Source of the DNA: a virus | Taxonomy: Duplodnaviria > Heunggongvirae > Uroviricota > Caudoviricetes | Reading direction: 5' to 3' (one strand) | Virus record (IMG/VR): IMGVR_UViG_2563366838_000005 | DNA length: 48,520 bases | Shown: piece by piece, positions 20,496 to 29,937 of the stretch | Position numbering within the stretch: position 1 is the stretch's first letter | How the letters are laid out: each line of letters begins with the position of its first letter | Notes under the pieces: model-generated | What the model saw: the letters and a program-made list of their open reading frames with translations, nothing else | What the model was told of the DNA's origin: nothing | Databases searched by the model: none | Position numbers and translations under genes: made by a program

Positions 20496-23300
20496 GTGAG
20501 TAAATTATTATTTACGATGACTGACGCCGGGCGTAAGGCGCTGGTTAATGCCAACAAGACTGGAACAAATAAAGTTGAGATCGTTTCTGTTGGTTTAGGT
20601 AGTAGATATTATGCCACATCAACCACACAAACAAAAATAACAGATGAAATAAAGCGACTTACCACAATAGGAGGCAAAGTCGTTTCTCCTGATACCATTC
20701 ATGTAACTGCGAAGGATGATAGTAAAGATGAGTATGTTGTCCATACAATAGGTTTGTATACAAATAAAGGAACATTGTTTGCTGTATACTCGCAAGAACA
20801 AGTAATAATAAATAAAGCATCTTCTACAATTGCTTTAATATCAAGTGATATAGCAATTAAAAATCTTGATACTAAAAACATTACATTTGGTGATGTTGAG
20901 TTTATTAACCCTCCCGCAACCGAAACTGTTGTTGGAGTAGCAAGATTTGCTAATGAACAAGAAATTGATGCAGGTACAGATGATTCCCTGGCTGTTTCAG
21001 CAAAGCGGCTTAAGCAAGCTATTGTAAAACATGAGCAATCACGTAATCATCCTGATGCAACTTTAACATCAAAAGGCATTGTTCAACTCAGTAATGCCAC
21101 CAATAGCACGTCTGAAAAGCTCGCAGCGACGCCTAAGGCTGTTAAGGCTGCATATGACCTGGCTAACGCTAAATACACCGCACAGGACGCTACCACGGCG
21201 CGAAAAGGGATTGTTCAGCTCAGTAGTGCCACTAACAGTACGTCTGAAACGCAGGCGGCAACGCCAAAAGCGGTCAAGGCAGCAAATGACAACGCAAATT
21301 CACGTCTGGCGAAAAATCAGAACGGTGCAGATATCCAGGATAAATCAGCTTTTCTGGACAATGTTGGCGTTACTAGCCTGACGTTTATGAAAAACAATGG
21401 CGAAATGCCGGTTGATGCCGACCTGAATACATTTGGTCCCGTTAAGGCTTATCTGGGGATCTGGTCTAAAGCTACCTCAACTAACGCAACACTGGAGAAA
21501 AATTTCCCGGAAGATAATGCTGTCGGTGTGCTTGAGGTTTTTGCTGCCGGCAATTTTGCAGGTACTCAACGCTTTACCACGGGAGACGGCAATGTATACA
21601 TGCGTAAACTCGCCAGTAAGTGGAATGGCACTGATGGTCCGTGGGGCGTATGGCGTCACACTCAATCTGCTACCCGCCCTTTGAGTACGACTATAGACCT
21701 GAATACGCTTGGAGCCGCCGAGCATCTTGGTTTATGGCGTAACAGTAGCTCGGCTATAGCTTCATATGAACGCAATTATCCAGAGGAAGGCGGCTTTGCT
21801 CAGGGGACGCTTGAGATCCTCGAAGGCGGGAATTATGGAAGAACGCAACGTTATACCACTCGCCGTGGAAATATGTATGTCCGCTGCCTTGCGGCAAGCT
21901 GGGATGCATCAAATCCGCAGTGGGAACCGTGGTTAAGAGTCGGTCATCAGTCAGAGAGTCGTTATTACGACGGGGATTTGAATGATGTGACTTCACCAGG
22001 TATTTACAGCGTTACAGGTAAAGCGACCAATGGTCCAATACTGGACGGAAACGGCGTGACAGTCCTCGGTATTCTGGAAGTGTTGAGGCGCTTTGATGGT
22101 GTTAACGTATGGCAGCGTTATACAACTGCCGGAACAGGTACAACCCTTAAAGGTCGCACGTTTGAGCGCGTTTTTACCGGCAGCTCATGGAGCGAATGGC
22201 GGGAAGTCTACACCTCGTATTCACTTCCCCTGAATCTGGGTATCGGCGGTGCAGTGGCAAAGCTCACCAGCCTGGACTGGCAGACCCACGACTTTGTGCC
22301 GGGCAGTCTGATAACCGTTCGGCTTGATAACATGACCAACATTCCCGACGGTATGGACTGGGGCGTCATTGATGGCAACCTGATAAACATCGCAGTTGGT
22401 CCGAGTGATGATTCCGGTACGGGGCGCTCAATGCATGTATGGCGCAGCACTGTAAGTAAAGCGAATTACCGCTTTTTTATGGTGCGTATTTCAGGAAATC
22501 CGGGAAGCCGCACGATCACGACAAGACGTGTGCCAATTATCGACGAAGCTCAGACATGGGCGGCGAAACAGACATTCAGCGGTGGTCTTTCTGGTGAACT
22601 GTCCGGCAATGCGGCTACAGCTACAAAGCTGAAAACGGCAAGGACAATTAACGGCGTAAAATTTGACGGCTCGGCAAATATTGAAGCATTTCCGCCAGGT
22701 GTTCCGTTGCCGTGGCCATCAGATACACCACCTGCGGGCTATGCAATTATGCAGGGGCAGACGTTTGATAAGGCAGCATATCCGAAACTGGCTATAGCCT
22801 ATCCTTCTGGTGTTATTCCAGATATGCGCGGCTGGACAATCAAGGGCAAACCCGCCAGTGGGCGTGCCGTATTGTCACAGGAACAGGACGGGATTAAATC
22901 GCATACTCACAGTGCCAGTGCGTCAAATACGGATTTGGGAACGAAAACAACCAGTTCGTTTGATTACGGCACGAAGACGGTCAGTACGTTTAATCATGGC
23001 ACAAAATCAACGAACAATACGGGCAATCATACGCACACTGTCGGTGGTGTTTATGGCGGCGACTCTGTCGGTGGAAAACAGCGTGTACAGGCTTCAGGAA
23101 ACAATCAGGTGTCCAGCACCGCCGGAGCGCACGCCCATACGGTGGATATTGGTCAGCATAACCACACTGTAGGTATTGGTGCCCATGCACACACTGTAGC
23201 ATTAGGTGCGCACGGACACACCATCACGGTAAATGCTACGGGTAATACCGAAAACACCGTCAAAAACATCGCATTTAACTATATTGTGAGGCTTGCATAA
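20496..23300 (+). CDS. Tail fibre protein with internal repeats and His-rich C-terminal tip
   Basis: 934 aa; tandem GIVQLSxATNSTSE..ATPKAVKAA repeats, three ~80 aa DLNT..G(I/L)W repeats, C-terminal HTH/HAH/HNH/HGH repeat series. Confidence 0.85.
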   Translation: MSKLLFTMTDAGRKALVNANKTGTNKVEIVSVGLGSRYYATSTTQTKITDEIKRLTTIGGKVVSPDTIHVTAKDDSKDEYVVHTIGLYTNKGTLFAVYSQEQVIINKASSTIALISSDIAIKNLDTKNITFGDVEFINPPATETVVGVARFANEQEIDAGTDDSLAVSAKRLKQAIVKHEQSRNHPDATLTSKGIVQLSNATNSTSEKLAATPKAVKAAYDLANAKYTAQDATTARKGIVQLSSATNSTSETQAATPKAVKAANDNANSRLAKNQNGADIQDKSAFLDNVGVTSLTFMKNNGEMPVDADLNTFGPVKAYLGIWSKATSTNATLEKNFPEDNAVGVLEVFAAGNFAGTQRFTTGDGNVYMRKLASKWNGTDGPWGVWRHTQSATRPLSTTIDLNTLGAAEHLGLWRNSSSAIASYERNYPEEGGFAQGTLEILEGGNYGRTQRYTTRRGNMYVRCLAASWDASNPQWEPWLRVGHQSESRYYDGDLNDVTSPGIYSVTGKATNGPILDGNGVTVLGILEVLRRFDGVNVWQRYTTAGTGTTLKGRTFERVFTGSSWSEWREVYTSYSLPLNLGIGGAVAKLTSLDWQTHDFVPGSLITVRLDNMTNIPDGMDWGVIDGNLINIAVGPSDDSGTGRSMHVWRSTVSKANYRFFMVRISGNPGSRTITTRRVPIIDEAQTWAAKQTFSGGLSGELSGNAATATKLKTARTINGVKFDGSANIEAFPPGVPLPWPSDTPPAGYAIMQGQTFDKAAYPKLAIAYPSGVIPDMRGWTIKGKPASGRAVLSQEQDGIKSHTHSASASNTDLGTKTTSSFDYGTKTVSTFNHGTKSTNNTGNHTHTVGGVYGGDSVGGKQRVQASGNNQVSSTAGAHAHTVDIGQHNHTVGIGAHAHTVALGAHGHTITVNATGNTENTVKNIAFNYIVRLA

Positions 23301-23875
23301 TGGCTTTCAGAATGAGTGCAGAAGCACAAACTATCCGCGTTTTCAATTTACTTGATGGAACCAATGAATTTATTGGCGAAAGTGACGCATATATCCCACC
23401 GTATACTGGTCTGCCTGCAAACAGTACAGATATTGCACCGCCTGATATTCCGGCGGGTTATGCAGCCGTTTTCAATGCAGATGAAATGAAATGGGAACTG
23501 ATGGAAGACCATCGCGGAAAGACCGTCTATGAAACGAAAACGGGAGCAGCCATTTATATTTCTGAACTTGGCGTATTACCTCCAGACGTGACAGCCATTT
23601 CCCCGGAGGGGGATTATCAGAAATGGAACGGCAATGCGTGGGTGAATGATGAGAATGCAGAGCGTGATGCGCTTGTCAGAGCGGCTGACTCTCAGAAGAA
23701 AGAGCTGATTGCATATGCAGGTGAAATTATTGCCACTCTGCAGGATGCTGTCGATTTAGATATGGCTACCGAGGAAGAAAAGTTAAGCCTGACACACTGG
23801 AAAAAATACCGTGTGCTACTGAATCGCGTTCAGCCGGAAAATGCCCCTGATATCGAATGGCCAGAATTAGTGTAA
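23300..23875 (+). CDS. Tail fibre assembly protein (Tfa-like)
   Basis: 191 aa immediately after the fibre gene, start overlapping its stop. Confidence 0.75.
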   Translation: MAFRMSAEAQTIRVFNLLDGTNEFIGESDAYIPPYTGLPANSTDIAPPDIPAGYAAVFNADEMKWELMEDHRGKTVYETKTGAAIYISELGVLPPDVTAISPEGDYQKWNGNAWVNDENAERDALVRAADSQKKELIAYAGEIIATLQDAVDLDMATEEEKLSLTHWKKYRVLLNRVQPENAPDIEWPELV

Positions 23876-23896
23876 AGGCAAGATGATTTAAGGAAC

Positions 23897-23925
23897 AAAA
23901 CCGCCAATATGTTTATTAGCGGTTT
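23897..23925 (+). terminator. Candidate terminator at end of late operon
   Basis: 7 bp stem aaaccgc/gcggttt followed by T-run; long loop makes it weak. Confidence 0.3.
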
Positions 23926-24187
23926 TGCATTAAGTCAAAACAACCCTTTAACGGAGCTGGCCGCGCTGTTAAGGGATGATGTCACCTTATCTTTGAAGCC
24001 GGACAGCATATTGCTGAACGATGAGTTTACCGCAGGTTTCTGGCTGGGAATCATTGACTGGAGTTAGGCCAGTAGTATGATGCTCGCAAAACGAGATCCA
24101 ATTTAGATCCTTTTACTGGTGGATTATCGTTCGATCAGTGAGAGACTTCGTGCATGACCGAAAGTGTTGTGGTAGAGTTCTCTTAAA

Positions 24188-24202
24188 ACCACGTAACGTG
24201 GT
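24188..24202. promoter_or_regulatory. ACCAC-N5-GTGGT palindromic operator upstream of repA
   Basis: accacgtaacgtggt; same palindrome family as in the cI/cro intergenic region. Confidence 0.4.
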
Positions 24203-24245
24203 TATGATTGTGGGTGTCTGGTTGGAAAGTGACCAGATATGGAAA

Positions 24246-24354
24246 CAAAAAGCCCGCAGATAAATCTGCGGGCTTCTTGCGACATCCACGGAAAACCAAC
24301 AACAACAATCCATGGGCGCCTCGACAACTCCCATTATACGTTGGTTTTCCGTGG
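24246..24354 (-). ncRNA. Candidate CopA-like antisense RNA over the repA leader
   Basis: Minus-strand hairpin plus T5 at 24246-24274 and a 15 bp perfect inverted repeat (24286-24300 / 24340-24354) just upstream of the repA start. Confidence 0.3.
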
Positions 24355-24370
24355 ACGCAAGAGCGAACAT

Positions 24371-25219
24371 ATGGATAGACCAATGCCGTCTCTACGTTCA
24401 GCTTACGTTTGTAATTTGTCGCCGGAGTTCCAGCCTCCAAAGCACCATACGCACAAGCTGCCGCTGGTGTTATCTGATGCTTTACAGCGCATTAATGGGC
24501 GTGATCTTACGTGTGAGGTTGCGTTCTACGTTAATCAACCGTCAGAGCGGAAGCGCCGGATAAACGAGCATCGTCGTCGGGCGATTAATGCTGTGATCGC
24601 TGCGATTTTGCACCATGTAAACATCATTTCTAAGCGGGTTCTGGCTAGTGCTGAGGCGTTGGCTGATTTTTGCGGCCTGTCTACCGTATCCGAAGCTGGG
24701 AACAAGTCTATAACGCGCTGTACAAGGGCGTTGTCGCAACTGAAAGCGTTAGGTTTTATTGATTATGAACGTCGCTGGGATCGGGTGAATAAACAGTATT
24801 GGCCAGCGAAAATAGAGATTCGTGATCAACTGCTGGAAACCGTTGGTATTACTGAACAAGCATGGAGACGTGCGGTTAGCCAGAAACTTAATTACTTCAA
24901 TGCGAAGAATAGCGAACGGCTTAAAAAAGCGATAACGGAGGCTGATTATAAGCGTATTGTTATTCAGGAGCAGATGGAGAATGTATGGCGTCAGAGGAAG
25001 ACGGCCAGAGAGATAAAGGCAAAACAGAAAGCAGCGGAGAGAGCTGCGCGTCTTGTTCGGGAAAAGGGAGAGGCCGAACTTCGTCATCAAATCACCAGAG
25101 AGGTTAGTCAGGAATTTGCTGATGGCATGTATCCTGGTGCTGACCTTGCATATTTACGATCCCTCGTTGAGCAGCGTTATAACAGGTTAAGAAAGACCTG
25201 GAAATCACTCCAACATTAA
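24371..25219 (+). CDS. repA: Plasmid replication initiator RepA, IncFII RepA1-like (ORF also open from 24239)
   Basis: Segment CGLSTVSEAGNKSITRCTRALSQLKALGFIDYE resembles IncFII RepA1 as recalled; basic C-terminal region; internal ATG at 24371 gives a 282 aa product. Confidence 0.7.
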   Translation: MDRPMPSLRSAYVCNLSPEFQPPKHHTHKLPLVLSDALQRINGRDLTCEVAFYVNQPSERKRRINEHRRRAINAVIAAILHHVNIISKRVLASAEALADFCGLSTVSEAGNKSITRCTRALSQLKALGFIDYERRWDRVNKQYWPAKIEIRDQLLETVGITEQAWRRAVSQKLNYFNAKNSERLKKAITEADYKRIVIQEQMENVWRQRKTAREIKAKQKAAERAARLVREKGEAELRHQITREVSQEFADGMYPGADLAYLRSLVEQRYNRLRKTWKSLQH

Positions 25220-25850
25220 CCCACCTGAATGATGAATCCGGTTTTACCGGAGGATTATCTACGTCGCAATAAAATATCTGTTCAAAAAACAATCTAAATT
25301 AATTTTCTCTAAACCTGAACACAGCAAAAATATCGCCTTTACAGGCATCGGCTAATAAAGTTATCCACAGTTCTGATATGTATATGCAAATGGTTTTTTA
25401 TAATAGATGCACTAAACAAATAAATGCAAAATCACTTTCTTTTATTAAGACTTTCTTTATTTAACTTACACAGGCTTTGCCTGTGAATATGTTCGCCCTT
25501 GCAGCGAGCTAAAGCTCGCGCCGGTTCGAGTCGCTACGCTCAAATATACCTCCTCCGGCACTTGCCGGAGGCATGGAGCAGCCTGATCATCCTTTTCGAA
25601 ACGGCACGTTTCGAACTATACAAAATCAATTTATATAAGGCCGAAATAAGGCCTACGGCCGGGCTTTGCAGGAGGAAGGGGCGAGCCTTATCAATAAACG
25701 TCGATAAATACGCACACAGTAGCCATCAGAACGCGATAAAATGTAAGAAACATCATTTCCTATTAGACATAGAAAACTTGTCTTATACGCAATGTAGTAA
25801 ATTTCTATTGCCACATAGGAAAAGATTTCCTACCATCGTAGATATAATAA
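25220..25850. promoter_or_regulatory. Candidate replication origin region downstream of repA
   Basis: AT-rich stretch, consensus DnaA box TTATCCACA at 25361-25369, several GC-rich hairpins at 25500-25660. Confidence 0.5.
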
Positions 25851-26150
25851 ATGGAGATGGTTATGGATAAAGATACTGTTTTAAAAATGTTGAATCCGGC
25901 TTGTTTAAAAAAAGCGGATGAATGGGAATCTCCTACATGTGGAGAAGTTCGGGCAGTCATTGGCCTGACCGGAATGAGCGGCTCGCAGTTAGCCAAAAAA
26001 CTAGGCTTAAAAGATAGTCGCAATGTTCGCAACTGGCAGATGTTAAAGGAGTCCACATCCAGATCCAGCATTCCGTATGCAGCCTGGGCGCTGCTGTGTT
26101 ACTTCGCTGGGTTAGGGTTAATCTTCATTGATAACAAAACAGATGTTTGA
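25851..26150 (+). CDS. Hypothetical protein with possible HTH
   Basis: 99 aa ORF; LTGMSGSQLAKKLGL segment resembles an HTH. Confidence 0.4.
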   Translation: MEMVMDKDTVLKMLNPACLKKADEWESPTCGEVRAVIGLTGMSGSQLAKKLGLKDSRNVRNWQMLKESTSRSSIPYAAWALLCYFAGLGLIFIDNKTDV

Positions 26151-26437
26151 AACATGCAAATATGAGGTTTGTTATGGAACTTGTACGCAAAACACGCAAA
26201 GAGTTCTTGGACCTGTATCGCATGGGAGCTTTCACTTGTGTTGTGGCTACCCAGGACGAAGTGACAAAAAGCTGGCGGCTTTTTGCTCTCAATAAAAAAG
26301 GGATTGCCGTTTTCATTGAAAAAGCCCGTGGTGGTATCCGCGAATGGGCGGGATTGAATTATGTGGCTGATTTTTGCGCAGCTATGGGGATTCGTCGCTG
26401 GGAAGTCCATATGCCAGGAGTAAAGTCACAAAAATAG
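26147..26437 (+). CDS. Hypothetical protein
   Basis: 96 aa ORF overlapping the previous stop. Confidence 0.4.
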   Translation: MKHANMRFVMELVRKTRKEFLDLYRMGAFTCVVATQDEVTKSWRLFALNKKGIAVFIEKARGGIREWAGLNYVADFCAAMGIRRWEVHMPGVKSQK

Positions 26438-26681
26438 GGCTTTCGCGTCGAAAATGAGGCGAAACTGAAAACGAGATTTCATTAACAAATAAGCAACATA
26501 AAAAACGGTGGAAAACGCCCAGGAAAACATGATCTTTTGAGCGGATTTTTTAGATCCGACAATGAACGGTGATCCGGTGGTGCCGATAACGTCCATTATG
26601 TTAAATAGCCCCGTTTTTCTTGAAATTATAACCTACGGGTTATATAGTCAGTGGTATAAACTACAGGTTATAGGATTGAGC

Positions 26682-27029
26682 ATGTGGACGGTACTTTTTA
26701 GCCAGCGATTTGACGACTGGCTAAATGAGCAAGAAGAGGCTCTTCAGGAAAAGGTTTTGGCTGATTTGAAAAATCTACAGGTTTACGGACCTGAGTTACC
26801 CAGGCCATATGCCGATACCGTAAAAGGTTCTCGGTACAAAAATATGAAAGAGCTTCGCGTTCAGTTTTCTGGCCGTCCGATAAGAGCCTTTTATGCGTTC
26901 GATCCGATTCGTCGGGCCATCGTTCTTTGTGCAGGAGACAAAAGTAACGATAAGCGGTTTTATAAAAAACTGGTGCGTATAGCTGAGGATGAGTTTGCAG
27001 CACATCTGAACACACTGGAGAGCAAGTAA
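26682..27029 (+). CDS. higB: Type II toxin, RelE/ParE superfamily (HigB-like)
   Basis: 115 aa from ATG 26682 with SD; KELRVQF..RAFYAF..IVLCAGDKSNDKR pattern; followed by overlapping HTH antitoxin; palindromic operators upstream. Confidence 0.7.
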   Translation: MWTVLFSQRFDDWLNEQEEALQEKVLADLKNLQVYGPELPRPYADTVKGSRYKNMKELRVQFSGRPIRAFYAFDPIRRAIVLCAGDKSNDKRFYKKLVRIAEDEFAAHLNTLESK

Positions 27030-27328
27030 TGAGAACATTAGATGAGGTGATTGCCAGCCGTTCACCTGAAAGCCAGGCGCGAATTAAAGAAATGGCAGAT
27101 GAGATGATTCTTGAGGTCGGCTTGCAGATGATGCGTGAAGAACTCCAGTTATCACAAAAACAGGTTGCTGAGGCGATGGGTATAAGCCAGCCAGCAGTAA
27201 CAAAGCTGGAGCAGCGCGGAAATGATTTAAAGCTGGCGACATTAAAGCGTTACGTTGAAGCTATGGGAGGCAAATTAAGCCTGGATGTTGAGCTTCCTAC
27301 AGGAAAGCGAGTAGCGTTCCATGTCTAA
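27029..27328 (+). CDS. higA: HTH antitoxin, HigA-like (XRE family)
   Basis: 99 aa; LSQKQVAEAMGISQPAVTKLE HTH; start overlaps toxin stop. Confidence 0.75.
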   Translation: MRTLDEVIASRSPESQARIKEMADEMILEVGLQMMREELQLSQKQVAEAMGISQPAVTKLEQRGNDLKLATLKRYVEAMGGKLSLDVELPTGKRVAFHV

Positions 27329-27361
27329 CATAATGTAAGGCCCCATTGGGGCCTTACTTAT

Positions 27362-27646
27362 TTACTTACCATTTTTGCGGTTTTTTTCGGACTTCATAAG
27401 CTGGCTAACGCGCCCAGGTGTGATATTTAACATGCGGCTTACTTCAGCTTGTGATCCTACTTCCTCTACTAGCGATGCAACATAGCGAGATTTTCCTGAG
27501 GAGGTTAATCCATTATATGTTGCTCGTGCGACTTTTCCCTGAGCTTCTCTCATATCAACTAATGCCTGAGCAACCTGCTCAAAACCTTTAATTGTTACTT
27601 CTGTTAATGCTCGAATAGCATCAATTTCAGATTTTGGTTTAGCCAT
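27362..27646 (-). CDS. Putative DNA-binding regulator (C-terminal HTH)
   Basis: 94 aa; SRMLNITPGRVSQLMK HTH-like segment; divergent from conserved promoter copy 1. Confidence 0.5.
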   Translation of the reverse strand: MAKPKSEIDAIRALTEVTIKGFEQVAQALVDMREAQGKVARATYNGLTSSGKSRYVASLVEEVGSQAEVSRMLNITPGRVSQLMKSEKNRKNGK

Positions 27647-27800
27647 TTGGCACCTCCAATTGTTTAAAATGTGTTAATTGTAAAATTCAGCCGATACCAT
27701 GTTCAATGGTATACCATTGCTGAAATGTCTTTTTCAAGACCTTGCCAATAAGCTAAACAAAAATGTTTAATGTGCAGCCTAAAAAAGCACCAGTCACTAT

Positions 27801-27913
27801 TATTTATATAATTATAGATTTATATAAAAAGTGCTTTACGGGTGGGAAAAAATTTCCTAAGGTTATACCCGAAACCGAGCGATACCCGCCCTGGTTAAAC
27901 CGGAGATAACCCG
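27801..27913 (+). promoter_or_regulatory. Conserved promoter/leader block, copy 1
   Basis: Near-identical to 37201-37320 and 45221-45336: TATAATTATAGATTTATATAA motif, TTTAC(A/G)-17 nt-TAAGGT, conserved leader ending GGAG-N8-ATG. Confidence 0.55.
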
Positions 27914-28294
27914 ATGAGCATGATTAAAATCCGCAAAAACGCTTTCCTTAAAATTCAAACTATCCTGGCTGGTTCTGTCGGCGTGATTTGCCGTTCTTCT
28001 TCAAGCCGCATCGATGACGGCTACGATGATGAGTATCGTGTGTCCTCGTGCGATGAGGCTTTAACCTGGCTGAAGGAGAATCAGGAACGTGCCCAGGTAT
28101 ATCTGGAAACAGAGAACGGCAATCAGATGCTGCGTATTAGCGGTCGTTATGGATTTGAAACTACATTCATGGCCTATTTTAATCAGGCTTACTTTGACAA
28201 GGAGCTGGCCTGGTACACTGACCGCATGAGCAAAAGCGAGCCAGCCCCGATTACACCGCCGAACAATAAACCATTTTTATTCCTCGTTAAGTAA
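27914..28294 (+). CDS. Hypothetical protein (126 aa) driven by conserved promoter copy 1
   Basis: ORF starts exactly at the end of the conserved block. Confidence 0.5.
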   Translation: MSMIKIRKNAFLKIQTILAGSVGVICRSSSSRIDDGYDDEYRVSSCDEALTWLKENQERAQVYLETENGNQMLRISGRYGFETTFMAYFNQAYFDKELAWYTDRMSKSEPAPITPPNNKPFLFLVK

Positions 28295-28357
28295 ACACAA
28301 TGCGCAAAGTGTCATTTTGACACTTTGCGAGTGTTAATATTGTTCGAGGAGGATGCT

Positions 28358-28537
28358 ATGACGGGTTATGAATTGAAATTATGGCGTCGTGGGATGAATT
28401 GGACGCAGGAGCGAGCCGCTGAAGAGTTTGGGATATCGTTGGCTACATATAAGCGATATGAGAAGGGTGAGCCGCCGAGGGTCATTGAGATGGCCATTCG
28501 CGTTCTGTCGTTTGACGATATGGTTAAGGATCTTTAA
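28358..28537 (+). CDS. Small HTH protein (XRE-like)
   Basis: 59 aa from ATG 28358 with GAGGAGG SD; WTQERAAEEFGISLATYKRYE HTH. Confidence 0.55.
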   Translation: MTGYELKLWRRGMNWTQERAAEEFGISLATYKRYEKGEPPRVIEMAIRVLSFDDMVKDL

Positions 28538-28677
28538 CACCTTGATAAAGATGCGATTCTGTTAAGGCTGCAAACCCTTGTATGGGAAAAGGTTAAAGTG
28601 TCGTCAGAATTGGAACAAGGGATCAAATGATCCTTTACGGATCGTTTTATGGTGGTGTAATGTAAGCGCCAGAAAGA

Positions 28678-28704
28678 CAAAAACCGCCTTGCCGGGCGGT
28701 TTTC
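28678..28704. terminator. Hairpin terminator, A-run upstream and T-run downstream (possibly bidirectional)
   Basis: aaaaccgcc ttgccgg gcggtttt. Confidence 0.5.
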
Positions 28705-29265
28705 AGTCTGAAATTTAAATCTTGCTTGGTAGGCTGGATTTAAAAAGACACCTCTTGATTGGGGCGGCTTTCTTGCGTCTAAAGATAATCAAATCTTTTT
28801 GCGCCTGCAACCCCTTTTTTACTGGTGCCCATTTCAGACTCACGCTCGCGTCGTTGTCTTTGCCACTTCGTTGGGTTCGGTGTTTTTGGGCGAAGTGGCG
28901 CGCGGGTATGCGTACAAGGGGAAAGTGTGCTGACGCAAGCCAGGAACAGCGATCTAAACTAAGTCGAGTCTGAGAAAGGCAGGAGTGCGACAACTCGCCT
29001 GTGCTCTATGAGCAGAAGAAGGTATATCAGACGACCAATGGCATGATTGTGGGCCACAGGGCGCACACGGCGGCGAAGCATTGGAAACGATGTGGAGCTA
29101 TCTGGTGGCATGAGTTCCGGTACTCGATCTCGAGCTTTTTTTGATGCTTTTGAGAAGGGGCCGGAACTCCGGTAAAGGGCACCTTGTATGGGGGGAGGGG
29201 GGGTTGTGTCTTAAGGAAGATCTAATACGATATTGCTTTACCCTTATATCTAAAAGGAGATTTCT

Positions 29266-29901
29266 ATGGGGATGCTGGTGGCGTTTATTATTAGCCTGAT
29301 TTTGTGTTTCTTCGTAGTTCGTGGCGCATATCGGAAACAATGTGCCTCGTCTTCTGGTGGTAAGTTCAAAGCTGTTTTAGTGAGTGGCTTTCTCGGGATT
29401 GCAACTTTTGTAGTTGTTAATACTCTTGCGGCTGTGACCTTGATCCCAGAAGACTCTAACACTGCGGCTACTACCGGAGCTGCTTTTGATGGTGTGACCG
29501 TAGATAAGTTTAAGAAGTTATATAATGATGACCTTGAAGGCATCGCTACATCAGGAAAAACCACCTCCACTATAAGAATTAAGTCTGTTAAACAAGGTAA
29601 CAACACCGTTGAATTTGCCATCAACTCATCTGTTAACGGTCGGGCTAGAGTTGATAAGGATGGGAAGATTTCTGAGTTATTATGGCGAGTATCCAAGCCT
29701 AACTCTGATTCCTTGCTTTCTATGGCCGTAGCAGTTGAAGTCTTGGATGCGTCAAGTGAAAGAGACACCGTGATTGCGCAGTTAGAGCAGATTGTTAAAT
29801 CTGGTATGCAGAAAGCTGAGTTCAAGACTAAGAGAGGCGAGTATTACGTTTCTCGTGACAAATCAGGGCATGTATCGCTACTGATTACACCGAAATATTA
29901 A
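29266..29901 (+). CDS. Membrane-anchored hypothetical protein (211 aa)
   Basis: AGGAG SD; two N-terminal hydrophobic segments; stop followed by hairpin terminator. Confidence 0.6.
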   Translation: MGMLVAFIISLILCFFVVRGAYRKQCASSSGGKFKAVLVSGFLGIATFVVVNTLAAVTLIPEDSNTAATTGAAFDGVTVDKFKKLYNDDLEGIATSGKTTSTIRIKSVKQGNNTVEFAINSSVNGRARVDKDGKISELLWRVSKPNSDSLLSMAVAVEVLDASSERDTVIAQLEQIVKSGMQKAEFKTKRGEYYVSRDKSGHVSLLITPKY

Positions 29902-29910
29902 GAATTGAAG

Positions 29911-29937
29911 AAGCGCCCAAATCGGGCGCTTTGTTTT
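29911..29937. terminator. Terminator hairpin between convergent genes
   Basis: agcgccc aaat cgggcgct followed by ttgtttt; sits between convergent stops at 29901 and 29936. Confidence 0.6.

Noticed and set aside
21079-23172. Alternate-frame + strand ORFs within the tail fibre gene (21079..21381, 21433..21684, 22810..23172)
   Set aside because: They are out-of-frame overlaps inside the 934 aa fibre gene, with Arg-rich composition typical of frame artefacts
23891-24067. Unlisted small ORF (about 52 aa from ATG 23909) after the fibre assembly gene
   Set aside because: No SD, overlaps the candidate terminator hairpin, and no recognisable motif; kept only as a note
24239-24370. Upstream in-frame start of the RepA ORF at 24239
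   Set aside because: This segment coincides with the leader hairpins and candidate antisense RNA; RepA of typical length starts at 24371. A short leader peptide cannot be excluded
24113-24440. Two minus-strand ORFs (24113..24370 and 24183..24440)
   Set aside because: They lie antisense to the repA leader and start, in a region better explained by regulatory RNA structure
26562-26681. Extended N-terminus of the HigB-like ORF
   Set aside because: The extension covers the palindromic operator region and has no SD; ATG 26682 with an AGGA SD gives a toxin of typical length
29250-29825. Minus-strand ORF of 191 aa opposite the membrane-protein gene
   Set aside because: The + strand ORF has a strong SD, transmembrane helices and a terminator; the minus ORF is Ser/Thr-rich low-complexity typical of antisense translation
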